Part shown: piece by piece, positions 51,436 to 62,493 of the stretch
How the letters are laid out: each line of letters starts with the position of its first letter
How positions within the stretch are numbered: position 1 is the stretch's first letter
NCBI GenBank assembly: GCA_963665115.1
Contig: OY762007.1
Coordinates: forward strand, 4,864,001 to 4,928,000
Source: an uncultured Rivularia sp.
GTDB lineage: Bacteria; Cyanobacteriota; Cyanobacteriia; Cyanobacteriales; Nostocaceae
Reading direction: 5' to 3'
Length of the DNA: 64,000 nt
Translations under genes and position numbers: made by a program
The notes under the pieces: model-generated
The model's input: only the letters and a program-made list of their open reading frames with translations
What the model was told of the DNA's origin: nothing
Databases searched by the model: none

Positions 51436-52890
51436 TTTACCCCGTGTCCCGATTTTAATTTTTTCCAGTTTGCTTATCGAAGCAAATGAATTTTTATGTA
51501 GTAGTTTTCCTCTCCAGGAGCAGCTTATCCTTTTATTACTCCAATTTAAATCGCTGCTTAGGACTGATTGATCGTCAAAGAGAATCTATTATATGGCTGA
51601 TGCTCGATAAGACAAATATAGTAAACGAATTCCCTTGCCTTCATAAATTAACCGCACAGCGCTCGCTACGCGAACAACCTGCTTTGTATAGAAGTAGAAT
51701 TTTTTCTGTTTCTCGCTCAATTTCCTACTCTAAAGTCAGAACAACCTAAAAACTCACAGACTATTACTATTAGCCCGAGCAATAGCACGAGCTTTAATAT
51801 AAGTTTACTCTCCAAGAAAATTTGAGAAGGATTTTTGAGGCACGGGCAGTGGAAACATGATTTTTGCGAACAAATCAATGAAATAGCTCAACGAATATTT
51901 TTTTAAACATACCAATCGGTTATAACTGCTTTATTATTCAATAACTACACCATTCTTCATGCTCTTTATCTGAAAAAACCTTTATTAGCCTGCTTCTGCC
52001 ACTCATTTTCTAGATTATTATAGAAAACTTAAACCCAATGATTAACATTTCCGATATCACCTAAAACTTGTCGCTCTACTTGCACATCAGCTAGTTTTAC
52101 AGAGACGAATATTTTGTGAAAGTGGGATATGTAACAATCAAATAAAAAATAGCGATTACAAACTTGATGAATTTTTATGAAATTCTCATCGCAACACCTA
52201 CTCCCAACCGAAGTGAACATTAGATAAAAGCATAATCGCAAAAATAATTAAAACTTAAACAATTATTTTGCTATTATTAGTCCATGTTAGTATTTAATAT
52301 AAATTATGAGGAAACAAAACCATAATAAATTGCCGTACAAGCGCGGTACCTATAGCTTTGTTTCTTCGTAATCTAGGGGCATAAAAATTTTTGTCTCTAT
52401 TGGCAGTATAAAAGGATTTATCCTCGTAAATCCTTAGTAATAAGTATGCTGTCTTAAGCCATAGAGCGATGTTAGGGAAAATCCTGCAACTCTTAGAGTC
52501 TAAAAGACTTTGGCTGCAAATAAAATGCCTGTTGACTTCTTGAGTCTGCCCGCTTATTTAAAAGCAGGCTCGCATAGTTTGAAAAAGCAAATTACAGTTA
52601 ATTAGCTTTGTTTAAAAGCCGAGTGAGAAAAATTTTTCATCTCTGATGGTAAACATGACGATTAGCTGTGTCATAAGCCTGAAACTAATTTCTTTTAAAG
52701 ACGGTAGTTTATGAGTAAAATGTTGTGGAATCACGTCAACATAATTCTCATAGGATTAGACTTTCAGGAATTGAGGCTTACTTAAAGTCTAAAAAAGCTT
52801 AATGTAAGGATGTCAAAAAATCGCCTTTAGGCAAGGCATAAAACCGCATTATTTATCGCGAAAGCACAGATTAAGGAAATTTTGAGTGTA

Positions 52891-53305
52891 ATGAGTGAAA
52901 CAGCAACAGCGCCATTAACAGGAAAAACACTGCTTGCCAAAGTTAAAGAACTATCTAACTTGCCAAGACGAGAAAGAGCAAAGCAGTGCGGTTATTACAC
53001 TACTACTAAGAATGGTCAGGTACGAGTAAACCTAACAGATTTTTACGATGCTTTGTTATCGGCCAGGGGAATTCCCTTGAGTCCGGAAACACCAAAAGAT
53101 GGTCGAGGGACGCGAACCGACATACAGAGTTAGCGTTCACCAAAACGGTCAAATTGTTATTGGTGCTACATATACCAAGGCAATGGGTTTAAAATCGGGA
53201 GATGAGTTTGAAATCAAGTTGGGATACAAACACATCCACTTAATTCAAGTTGACGGCGCAAGTCAAACAGACGAAGATTCTGATGAAGAATCAGAAGAAG
53301 AGTAA
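52891..53305 (+). CDS. calA: Cyanobacterial AbrB-like regulator, CalA/cyAbrB1 type (+1 frameshift near 53108)
   Basis: MSETATAPLTGKTLLAKVKEL...AKQCGYY...KDGRG; an extra G shifts into REPTYRVSVHQNGQIVIGATYT..MGL..GDEFEIKLGYKHIHL. Confidence 0.85.
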
Positions 53306-53373
53306 GTTTTTCTTATCGCAGGGATAAGAAAGGAAGACAATTTTTTATTACTTTTCCCTGCACTTATAAGTAG

Positions 53374-53434
53374 ATAGTTGTTTTGGCGGATTTTCAGTTA
53401 ATTATTGAAAATTTTAATATGCCAAAACAACTAT
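53374..53434. terminator. Long hairpin downstream of cyAbrB
   Basis: ATAGTTGTTTTGGC ... GCCAAAACAACTAT perfect 14-bp IR with a partial inner stem. Confidence 0.55.
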
Positions 53435-53643
53435 ATTGCTCTGAAAAATTTTGGGCGTTTGATTGAAAATAGCCAAAAAGTACGATTCAATTGCGAGTCA
53501 TAGTTATAGGGAATAGAGAAGTATTAACGTGATTGATGCTTCTCTTTTCTGTAGCTAAATATTAAAAGCTAAGTAAATATTTTTCTCTTTTTAACAAAAA
53601 ATCTTTAGAAAGCTATTAGTCGTTGTGTTTATGATGGTTAATT

Positions 53644-54486
53644 TTGACAGATTTATTTGAGCCGTTTAGTAATAAGTTGGTGTCTCAGTGGGAAAATGCA
53701 CCCGCATACGTTGTAGTCATAGTTTTTTTTATTGCTTGGATAGTGTGTTGGCTACCAATAGCATCTATTTTGGCAAAAGTGCTGCATTGGACACCGAAGC
53801 AACCTTTGCAACCAGAGCAAAAAAATGCTTTACTAATTTCTCTTTATTTATTAGCTCCGGCAATCTTACTCCTAACTAATTTGCTGACAAATCAATCTTT
53901 CGCAGCTTACGGTTGGATAGGTGATTTTTCAATTTTATATTCGCTTTTTTTAGGCTTTGGCTGGGGAGTCGTAAGTTTAGCCTTCGTATTCGGTTGTCAG
54001 TTATATTTCGGTTTATGTAAGTTTAAACTACCGAATCTAGAATCACTTCCATCTACATTACTCTCTATAATGCTGGTAGCGTTATTAGTGGGTGCTATTG
54101 AAGAATTAGTGTTTCGAGGTTTTCTTTTTACTCAACTCGAAAAAATGCATTCAGTTTGGGTTGCAGCAATAATTTCGGGTTTAATTTTCGCATTATTGCA
54201 TTTAGTTTGGGAACGACGCGAAACAACTCCCCAACTTCCTGGATTATGGCTAATGGGAATGGTTTTAGTATTAGCAAGATTTGCCGATAATGGGAGCTTA
54301 GGTTTAGCTTGGGGACTTCACGCTGGTTGGGTGTGGTCAATAGCGAGTATTGATACGCTTAACTTAGTTGATTACACTGATGATAAATTTAAGTGGATAA
54401 CAGGTAAGAATAACAAACCCTTAGCAGGTGTTGCCGGAATATTTTGTATGGTAATAACCGGCACAATTTTATATTTAATGCTTTAA
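53644..54486 (+). CDS. CPBP (CAAX/Abi) intramembrane metalloprotease
   Basis: EELVFRG, FALLH and GLHAGW motifs. Confidence 0.92.
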   Translation: MTDLFEPFSNKLVSQWENAPAYVVVIVFFIAWIVCWLPIASILAKVLHWTPKQPLQPEQKNALLISLYLLAPAILLLTNLLTNQSFAAYGWIGDFSILYSLFLGFGWGVVSLAFVFGCQLYFGLCKFKLPNLESLPSTLLSIMLVALLVGAIEELVFRGFLFTQLEKMHSVWVAAIISGLIFALLHLVWERRETTPQLPGLWLMGMVLVLARFADNGSLGLAWGLHAGWVWSIASIDTLNLVDYTDDKFKWITGKNNKPLAGVAGIFCMVITGTILYLML

Positions 54487-54553
54487 TTATTTTTCCGTAG
54501 TAAGTGGCTCTAGCCCTGTCATCCGAGGACTAAAGTCCTTACTACGAGCCAGT

Positions 54554-55667
54554 TTACCCAAACGGAACCAAACGCTTGAGGGCACGACCTACAACGTCAC
54601 CGTAACGCAATTGTCCGCATAGAATTTGCCCCATAATCTGACTGCCAGTCGGACGTTTTACACCTGCTTTGTAGCCAACACCGGGGAAGCGATAGAATGC
54701 ACCGGCTAACTTTTGCGCCCAAGCCATATCACTGCCCCATTCTTCCGCGATTACTTCAGTGTATTGTTCTAAAGCATTAGCATCACCACCGAGTGCTTTA
54801 TGAATGGCTTCAGCAGCTTTCATACCGCTAAAAATAGAAGGACGAATTCCTTCGGCTGTCATCGGATCGACTACACAAGCTGCTTCTCCAGCTAAAACTG
54901 CGTTTTGAGTGTGTAGTGTTTTATTCCCATTCCATACGCATACGGGATGGCTGTACTCCTTAGCAGTACTGACATCCACACCAAGCATCGAACTGCAATC
55001 TTTGAAAATTTTGGTGAAATTACCTGGTTCTCCACCAAGGAAGGTTGTAGCACCGATAGACACACCATCAGCTTTGGGGAAGCTCCAGATATAGCCGTTT
55101 TTAATTGTGCCGAATTCAAACAGAATTTTAGATTTATCTTGTCCCGGTGCAGCAGGTGCTTCCAAAGCAGCAGCTAAACGGCGCTTAGGTTCTTTAAAAC
55201 CAAGCCATTTTGCCATTGGGGCCAGCCGCACCATCAGCAGCAATTAAATAACGTGCCGAAAATGTACCATTTGCCGTACTTACTTCCCAATGGTCGCTTT
55301 TGAACTCAATAGATTTTACTTCAGTACTATCCTTGAGTTCCGCGCCTTGCGTCACAGCTTGCTTAACTAGAAAATGGTCAAAAACATCTCGCTGTACCAT
55401 CCATACTGGTTCGATGGTCTGTATCTTGGTTTCTACTGGATCTCCTTTTTTCCAAGTAAACTTGATGGTGTCTACCTTCATGGAAATTGCAGGGCTGAAA
55501 TCGAAGTCAAACCATTTGGCGATCGCAGGTGATACGCCACCACCACAGGGTTTATATCTTGGTAGAGATTCTCTTTCTAAAACAAGTACCGAACGTCCTT
55601 GTTTTGCTAAATGATACGCAGCAGTTCCACCAGCAGGACCCGCACCGACGATAATGCAATCGTACAT
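54554..55667 (-). CDS. Geranylgeranyl reductase family FAD oxidoreductase (+1 frameshift near 55220)
   Basis: IIVGAGPAGG, RYKPCGGG, IAADGA in one frame; GYIWSFPK and LAGEAACVVDPMTAEGI in the next. Confidence 0.88.
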
Positions 55668-56242
55668 ACTGTTAAACTTTTACTCCTTAATAAACGGTCT
55701 GTATTTAGGTCTTATCATCAACTGTTACCGATAAAATGACTCAAATTATTCGCCATTTTACTTGGAATTATTTGTATTTATCTGAATCTCTATTCTTGAA
55801 TAACTATATCCATCCGTAAATATAACTAATTAAAATTCATTTTTAACCGATTTATTATATTTATGCTTTTAGTATTTTTTTTCTGTACTGATATGCTCTG
55901 CATAATTTAAATTTGCTTATATGTATTTAACTTTACAGTTTAATTAATATAAGTTGTATTACCGCTAATAAATTATAATTAACTGCCTTGACGAATTAAA
56001 AATTTTTGGTTAAGTATTGAAGATATATTATTAAGTTTGAATAAATTTAATATTGACTCTGCTACAGTTTATCGTGGTTGAGTGCTATTTATTATCGAAA
56101 ATGACTCAGTATTCTTTAATAGAAGATAAAATATTCACGATCGAGTGTTTCTAGTTATCGAACAAAAAAAAGCCTAGAGTCAGAAGTTAGCATAAAACCA
56201 TTAGCTCATAACTTCCAACTCTAAGCTCGTTTAATTCACATC

Positions 56243-56791
56243 TTAAACAGTTGTGATGTCTTTTTCTTTTTCTCCGAATAAATCGTCTATTTTACTCGTA
56301 TACTTGTTTGTCAATTTTTGCACTTCGTCTTGCAAATCTCGCGATTCATCTTCAGAAATTTCAGCAGCTTTCTCCTGTTTCTTAACCGTATCTAAGGCAT
56401 CCCGACGAATATTACGGATAGCAACGCGCCCTTCTTCGGCATACTTAGCAGCGAGTTTGACAAATTCTTTACGACGTTCTTCAGTCAAAGGCGGAATATT
56501 TAGCCTGATGATAGAACCGTCGTTGTTGGGAGTTAAACCCACATCCGACATCGAAATCGCTTTTTCGATTGCACCCAAGCTGCTTTGGTCGTAGGGTTGA
56601 ATTGTTATAGTGGTAGCATCCGGCGTACCCATGTTCGCCAAAGACTTTAAACTAGTAGGTGCCCCATAATAGTCAACCATAATTTTATCCAGCAGACTGG
56701 AATTAGCGCGACCAGTCCGAATCGTATTGAAAGAACGTTGAGTAGCTTCAACGGTCTTTTGCATTGTACTTTCAGCTTCAGCTAATTTCAC
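56243..56791 (-). CDS. frr: Ribosome recycling factor
   Basis: [17 protein letters not shown] and [10 protein letters not shown] motifs; GTG start overlapping the end of pyrH. Confidence 0.97.
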   Translation of the reverse strand: MKLAEAESTMQKTVEATQRSFNTIRTGRANSSLLDKIMVDYYGAPTSLKSLANMGTPDATTITIQPYDQSSLGAIEKAISMSDVGLTPNNDGSIIRLNIPPLTEERRKEFVKLAAKYAEEGRVAIRNIRRDALDTVKKQEKAAEISEDESRDLQDEVQKLTNKYTSKIDDLFGEKEKDITTV

Positions 56792-57506
56792 AAGAACCTC
56801 CCACAATGGTGCCAATAGATTCTCCCATGACTGCGCGGTGAATATTACCTCGCACATTCAAGTCAAAGACAAGAATTGGGATATCGTTTTCTTTACATAA
56901 GGCGATCGCAGTACTATCCATGACTCGCAAATCCTTATTTAAGACGTGCGCGTATGTTAGCGATTGGTAACGCTTAGCTTCGGGATTATCCTTTGGATCG
57001 GAATCGTACACTCCGTCTACCTTCGTAGCTTTAAAAATTACTTCCGCATCGATTTCAGCTGCTCTTAATGCAGCAGCAGTATCGGTAGTAAAAAAGGGAT
57101 TACCCGAACCCGCACCAAAAATAACCACCAGTCCTAATTCTAGATGACGGATGGCTTTACGACGTATATATGGTTCGGCTACTTCTTGCATTGCGATCGC
57201 GGTTTGTAGGCGCGTCTGTACGTCTATTCTTTCGAGGGATTCTTGCAGCGTCATAGCGTTCATTACTGTGGCAATCATCCCGATGTAGTCGGCAGTTGCC
57301 CGATCCATACCAGCGGAAGCAGCTTTCATACCGCGAAATATATTTCCGCCTCCTACTACTATGGCAAGTTGAACGCCGGTGGCTACAACCTCTTTTACTT
57401 CTGAAGCTATAGAATTAACCACCTCGGGATCAATTCCGTAGCCCATACTGCCCATTAAGGCTTCACCGCTCAGTTTAAGTAAAACCCGTCGGTAACCTGT
57501 ACCCAT
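56778..57506 (-). CDS. pyrH: UMP kinase
   Basis: [32 protein letters not shown] and VMDSTA motifs. Confidence 0.98.
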   Translation of the reverse strand: MGTGYRRVLLKLSGEALMGSMGYGIDPEVVNSIASEVKEVVATGVQLAIVVGGGNIFRGMKAASAGMDRATADYIGMIATVMNAMTLQESLERIDVQTRLQTAIAMQEVAEPYIRRKAIRHLELGLVVIFGAGSGNPFFTTDTAAALRAAEIDAEVIFKATKVDGVYDSDPKDNPEAKRYQSLTYAHVLNKDLRVMDSTAIALCKENDIPILVFDLNVRGNIHRAVMGESIGTIVGGSCEIS

Positions 57507-57576
57507 GAAGTTAAGCTTTATCCAATATTTGTATTTGCCTCCAGTTTAAGATATCAGTCTCCCACACTATCTGTCT

Positions 57577-58131
57577 CTAATTTCGCCATACCAAACTACT
57601 ACCAGAGGCTTCTGTTTCGGTTACGGCGATTTCTTCTGAGTTGAATAAACAGGTAACGGCATTCTTCAAATAAGATTTTTCAGATGTATCTTGTTTTTGA
57701 GCATTGCTATCAACTTGCCCTCTGTAGCGTACAACACCATCTTTATCGATCAGAAATGCTGTTGGCGTTTTTGTGGCACCGAAGCTACGAGTCACATCTT
57801 GTGTGGAGTCCCATAGATAAGGAAAATTTAATTGGTTTTCTCTGGCAAAAGCTTTCATAGAATCAAAACTTTCCGACGGATCGTTATGGGCGATATTCCC
57901 GTTGACTCCAATTAAAGTAAAGCCGTCTTTGCCAAGTTCTGTCTGCAATTTTTTTAGTTTATCTATATACAACCCTACGTAGGGGCAGCGGTTGCACATA
58001 GAAATTACGCCAACTGCACGGAATTTTTCTAAATAACGTCTTAGATGGTGTACTTGATCGTCAATTCCTGGCAGTTCAAAATCAGGTGCGTATTTTCCTA
58101 TGCGGGTATCCATTGTTTTTAGTACACTCAT
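57577..58131 (-). CDS. Thioredoxin/AhpC-TSA family protein
   Basis: APDFELPG, CNRCPYV, NFPYLWD, GATKTP and YRGQVD motifs. Confidence 0.85.
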   Translation of the reverse strand: MSVLKTMDTRIGKYAPDFELPGIDDQVHHLRRYLEKFRAVGVISMCNRCPYVGLYIDKLKKLQTELGKDGFTLIGVNGNIAHNDPSESFDSMKAFARENQLNFPYLWDSTQDVTRSFGATKTPTAFLIDKDGVVRYRGQVDSNAQKQDTSEKSYLKNAVTCLFNSEEIAVTETEASGSSLVWRN

Positions 58132-58875
58132 ATTCTCGGTTGCTGGAAGGAAATGGAAACAGCAAAACACATTTTTCATGTAGTGGGCGTGCGTCCATTT
58201 TCAAGCCACCCTCTGTGTAGATGCTTAACTGATATCCAACAATTTTATAGTTCGCACTCAATAGTCGTAAATTGTAAAACTACTGAATCGCAGCAAAAGT
58301 TCTAGATATGGGGGAGCATTTAATAGTGTTTATATTTTTTTTCATTCGTCAAAATAGGGCAAATTTTTTCCTCAGTATTCAATTGCAGCAATAATCAATA
58401 GAAGATATGTAGGATAGCAGTTTTCGAGAAATGTTATTTCGATTTTATATGCCCTATGTATAGTTATTTATAGTCAAAAAAATCATTTGGGTTGAAGTTC
58501 ATCTGTTGAATTTGCATCAGAGAAAATACTGTTAACTATTTATTCAAAAGATACTTTTAACATCCGCTATCTGGTTATTGTTAATTTTTATGTATCAAAG
58601 TAAGATTTCACCATCTCTCATTCTTTCACGCCTGTTTGTTAAAAATAATCTTGAAGCAGGGAAAATCGCTCGTATTAATTTTTATCGAGGTAAAAATACT
58701 AGCTTTCCTATAACCAGAATAATGAGTAAACTGATTGTATATACGAGTAAAAAGTAAGTTTCCCTGCTTTGCCTTAAGAAACAAAGTTTGGAATTGCTGG
58801 GACAATAAAAATATCAATCCGGTGCGGTTTCCATTTTTGCGTTTATTTAATTTATATATATAAAATTGATTTTCT

Positions 58876-59772
58876 ATGAGTACTTCTATTTCCACCCCAG
58901 TATTTAGCTCGACAAAAACCTGGATGTGGCAAGGTTTTCCCATTTGCTATCAAACTCAAGGAACTACTGGCTCGGCTGTTGTTTTGATACATGGGTTTGG
59001 TGCTTCTTGGGGACATTTTAGAAAGAATATCCCGGTGTTGGCAGAAAATTGTCGGGTTTATGCAATTGATTTGATTGGATTTGGGGGTTCAGCTAAACCC
59101 AAACCGGGTGAAGAAATTGCTTATACTTTTGAAACCTGGGGACAGCAGATTGCTGATTTTTGCCGCGAAGTAGTAGGTGAATCTGCTTTTTTAGTAGGAA
59201 ATTCTATTGGCTGTATAGCAGCGATGCAAGCTGCTGTAGATAATCCAGATATTGCGTTAGGCGTAGCACTGCTTAACTGTTCTCTACGGCTTTTACACGA
59301 ACGAAAACAAGCAGAGCTACCGTATTATCGCCGTATGGGAGCGCCTTTACTACAGCGCATACTATCTATTAAGTCAGTAGGTAAATTCTTTTTTAATCAA
59401 ATAGCTAAACCCAAAACCGTGCGTTCGATTCTACTGCAAGCTTATCCTACTGGTGAAGCTGTAACAGATGAATTGATCGATATTTTAATGACACCAGCAA
59501 GAGATCCAGGTGCTGCGGCGGTGTTTTTAGCATTCACGGCTTATTCTCAAGGTCCTTTAGCAGAAGACCTTTTACCCAAGCTACCATGTCCAGCTATTAT
59601 CTTGTGGGGAACAGCCGATCCTTGGGAACCAATAGAATTAGGTAGAGAGCTAGCTGAATTTCCGCAGGTGATGAAATTTATACCTTTAGAAGGAATAGGG
59701 CATTGCCCCCAAGATGAAGCCCCAGAATTGGTAAATCCAATTTTGCACGATTGGATTTCGGAGCTTTCTTAG
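58876..59772 (+). CDS. Alpha/beta fold hydrolase
   Basis: HGFGAS, DLIGFG, GNSIG and GHCPQDE motifs. Confidence 0.92.
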   Translation: MSTSISTPVFSSTKTWMWQGFPICYQTQGTTGSAVVLIHGFGASWGHFRKNIPVLAENCRVYAIDLIGFGGSAKPKPGEEIAYTFETWGQQIADFCREVVGESAFLVGNSIGCIAAMQAAVDNPDIALGVALLNCSLRLLHERKQAELPYYRRMGAPLLQRILSIKSVGKFFFNQIAKPKTVRSILLQAYPTGEAVTDELIDILMTPARDPGAAAVFLAFTAYSQGPLAEDLLPKLPCPAIILWGTADPWEPIELGRELAEFPQVMKFIPLEGIGHCPQDEAPELVNPILHDWISELS

Positions 59773-59794
59773 AATAGGGAATTGGTAATTGGTA

Positions 59795-59929
59795 TAGTCA
59801 TTCCATCCAATTAATTTCTGTAGTGCGTTAACGCAGTGTATCCGACAGGATATGCATCTTGCGATTTTGTACCGAACGAGCTTTTCGGCTCGCACTACAA
59901 ACCATCTGTTTTTTCCGCAGGAATCACTA
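59795..59929. mobile_element. MITE-like element carrying a dispersed repeat
   Basis: TAGTCATTCC...GGAATCACTA termini; cargo resembles repeats at about 17424-17472, 46367-46416 and 38625-38740. Confidence 0.45.
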
Positions 59930-60259
59930 AAATTGGTAATGGGGAATATTCAAAATCCAAAATCCGTCGAGGATGCGTTTTGGGGGAAGAAAATCTACAC
60001 CCCAACGCCACTTCTCTCAACTTTCCGCAAAATCCAAAATCGAAACGGAGAATGACCTCTTCAAAATACTGAAGAGGCAATTATTCGATGTTTTAATGTG
60101 GTCAAAAATAATCGCCGAGCTACAAGTAACGCTCAATTTTTCTACAGAATTGAAAATAATGAATAAATTCTAAGAACTGTTTTGATGTCTGCGATAATAC
60201 AATTACGTCAACTTAGGAAGGCTACTAGCTGCTATTTGAAAAGCGCAGTTGCAGCATAA

Positions 60260-61700
60260 TTACAACAATGGGATATCATCCGAAGATTCAGGAGCGTCCA
60301 GTTTTTCTAACCAATCTTTACCTACCTGAATACTAATGTCGGAATTAAGGCTACCAGTACTTTCTACGCGCACTTCCCCAAATCCTAAAAGGCTGCGGAC
60401 TGATTCTGCGCTGTTTTCATCTCCTTGTTGAGCAACAACACGAGTTACTTTTAAAGGCTGACTCCAGCTTTTAGCTACGTAAATTCTTCCATAACCGGCT
60501 TTTCGTAAATTTCTCATTAAGCGTCGGAAACTAACGTCATCGCTGCCAGTATGATTTTGAATAGCAATTCGTAAAGACGATGGATCGACAGGTTGTAATT
60601 CATCTTCAGTTTCTATGCCAAAGTGTTGAGCCATCATGCTACTTATACGACGAGGAGAAGGTATCCAGTAGCTAGCGTTGTACTCTTTTGGAGTGCTAAA
60701 GCGTCCGGGCAACATTAACATTTGCATATTGGAGCGATTGGTTCGTACTCCAAAACCTACCAGCGCTAATAATTCCTCAACTGTCAAGTTAGTATCTATA
60801 TGTTCTTTGACTACGTTAAGAATTTTAGGCAATTGTGCTAGTGTCGCCGGATTAAGCGCCTGATCCATTAATGCTCGCATAACCAGTTGCTGGCGTTGAA
60901 TCCGACCAATATCTCCTCTTCCATCGTTACGGAAGCGTAAAAGCTGTAGTGCTTTGTCTCCATCAAGATGCTGTTTACCCGCTTTCAAATTGATGTATAA
61001 ATGCTGGGAATCATCTTGATACTTTAAATCTTCGGGTACATTTACCGTTACTCCTCCCAAAGCATCGATTAGCTTACCTACACCTAAAACGTTAATCCGC
61101 ATATAGCGGTCGATCGCCACTCCTTCTAAAAGGTTACTTGCAGTTCTAGCACTTAAAGCAGGACCCCCCAAGGGTGTTAGATGCGTTGATTTTTTTTATC
61201 CCATACCCATCGATTCTAGTTCGAGTATCTCTAGGAATGGAAAGCATGGTCAACTTTTTATTCTGAGGATCGAACTTTATCAGTAGCATGACATCAGCAA
61301 GACCATCAAAAGAATTGACTTGAGGTAAGTATCCTAAATCTCTGACTTTAGATGGAGCATTTTGTGTATCTGGGGGAAGTACGCTCATTCCCATAACTAA
61401 AACGTTGACAGGGCGAGTTAATTCGGAAAAACGTAGCCCGCCCCCGGCAATGCTATCACTCTCGAATACAGCCGCTTCATCCGCACTCAGATTGGCTTGC
61501 ATTAAAGGGGTACTGCTTAAAGAAACCGCTAACAGCGCTCCTGCGGTAGCAGATACCATTGCAATACCACTCATACCTACCCAGAACCATAACCACCTTC
61601 CGGATTTAGAATTATTCCCTTTTTTGTCATTTGATTTAGGAGGGGACGCAGAATGGCTATCTTGCGCCGAAGTTCTTTGAATGGTCACTGACTTCCTCAC
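60260..61700 (-). CDS. LCP (LytR-CpsA-Psr) protein with LytR_C domain (+1 frameshift near 61165)
   Basis: TM anchor, NVLVMG, DVMLL, SIPRDT, KINA; an extra G shifts into IDALGGV, LLRFR..GDIGRIQRQQ. Confidence 0.9.
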
Positions 61701-61992
61701 ACTTATTGATAAAAATTCAAATTTTTGCTTTGCATTACTTGCAGACGAATCAACCCATAATAGCTAACTCTTAATTATCAGTGCTAACTACACGAATGCA
61801 CGTGTCAACCACAACACTTATAGCAGTATTTCTCCTATTTTTTTAGTTAATCCGGAGATGTTTTATGGAAGTATGGCAACTTTATACTAAATCTGACTGT
61901 AAAGATATAAAAATCTAAGTGTAATAAAAACTTTTGTTTAAAGTATTTAGTCCGCTAACAACCAATATTTCTACCTAATATTTATACTTAAA

Positions 61993-62400
61993 TCAAGATA
62001 AATATTTAGTTAAGACTTTCTCAGCAAATTCACTGAATCCTGGTACCCGTTGAGACTTGCCTTTAAACGTGCGAATAATCAACCAGGCACTGACTACAAA
62101 ATAGCCGCTTGTTACAAAGCTGTTGAGAATTTGGAAGCGTAGTGCGAAAAATTCTGAAGTTGAAGCTCCACTTCCCAACAGGATGTATCCTAAGCACCAA
62201 GTTAATGCTAATGTAATTGACAAACGAGAGGTTCTTAATTGTTCCCGGCTTCCTTCACGACGATAAAGCGTCCACAAGGATGGAAAAAAACCAATTACTG
62301 GGATTACGTATATAAGCATTCCAAGAAGGGAAATATCTTGTTTTTTAATTTTGCTGGAATTAGTAGATTCAAAATGCTTCATTAGTCTGAGTAAAATCAT
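61993..62400 (-). CDS. Membrane hypothetical protein
   Basis: Three hydrophobic segments; YVIPVIGFFPSLWTLY. Confidence 0.7.
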   Translation of the reverse strand: MILLRLMKHFESTNSSKIKKQDISLLGMLIYVIPVIGFFPSLWTLYRREGSREQLRTSRLSITLALTWCLGYILLGSGASTSEFFALRFQILNSFVTSGYFVVSAWLIIRTFKGKSQRVPGFSEFAEKVLTKYLS

Positions 62401-62493
62401 GAACTAGGGGGATGAGCGATCTGTCTTTAGTCGGGGATAATAAGCTTATAATTCCCGTATTTAATTAGTTGTCAACGGCAATCGGCTCTTTTT

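Noticed and set aside
51486..52241. 87-aa and 70-aa ORFs in the sdhB-cyAbrB gap
   Set aside because: No recognisable motifs and atypical composition
52882..53305. Programmed frameshift or two-gene cyAbrB
   Set aside because: No slippery heptamer; the same +1 homopolymer pattern occurs in four unrelated genes, favouring sequencing error
59686..60173. Cluster of short overlapping ORFs
   Set aside because: They overlie dispersed repeats and STRR fragments between convergent genes
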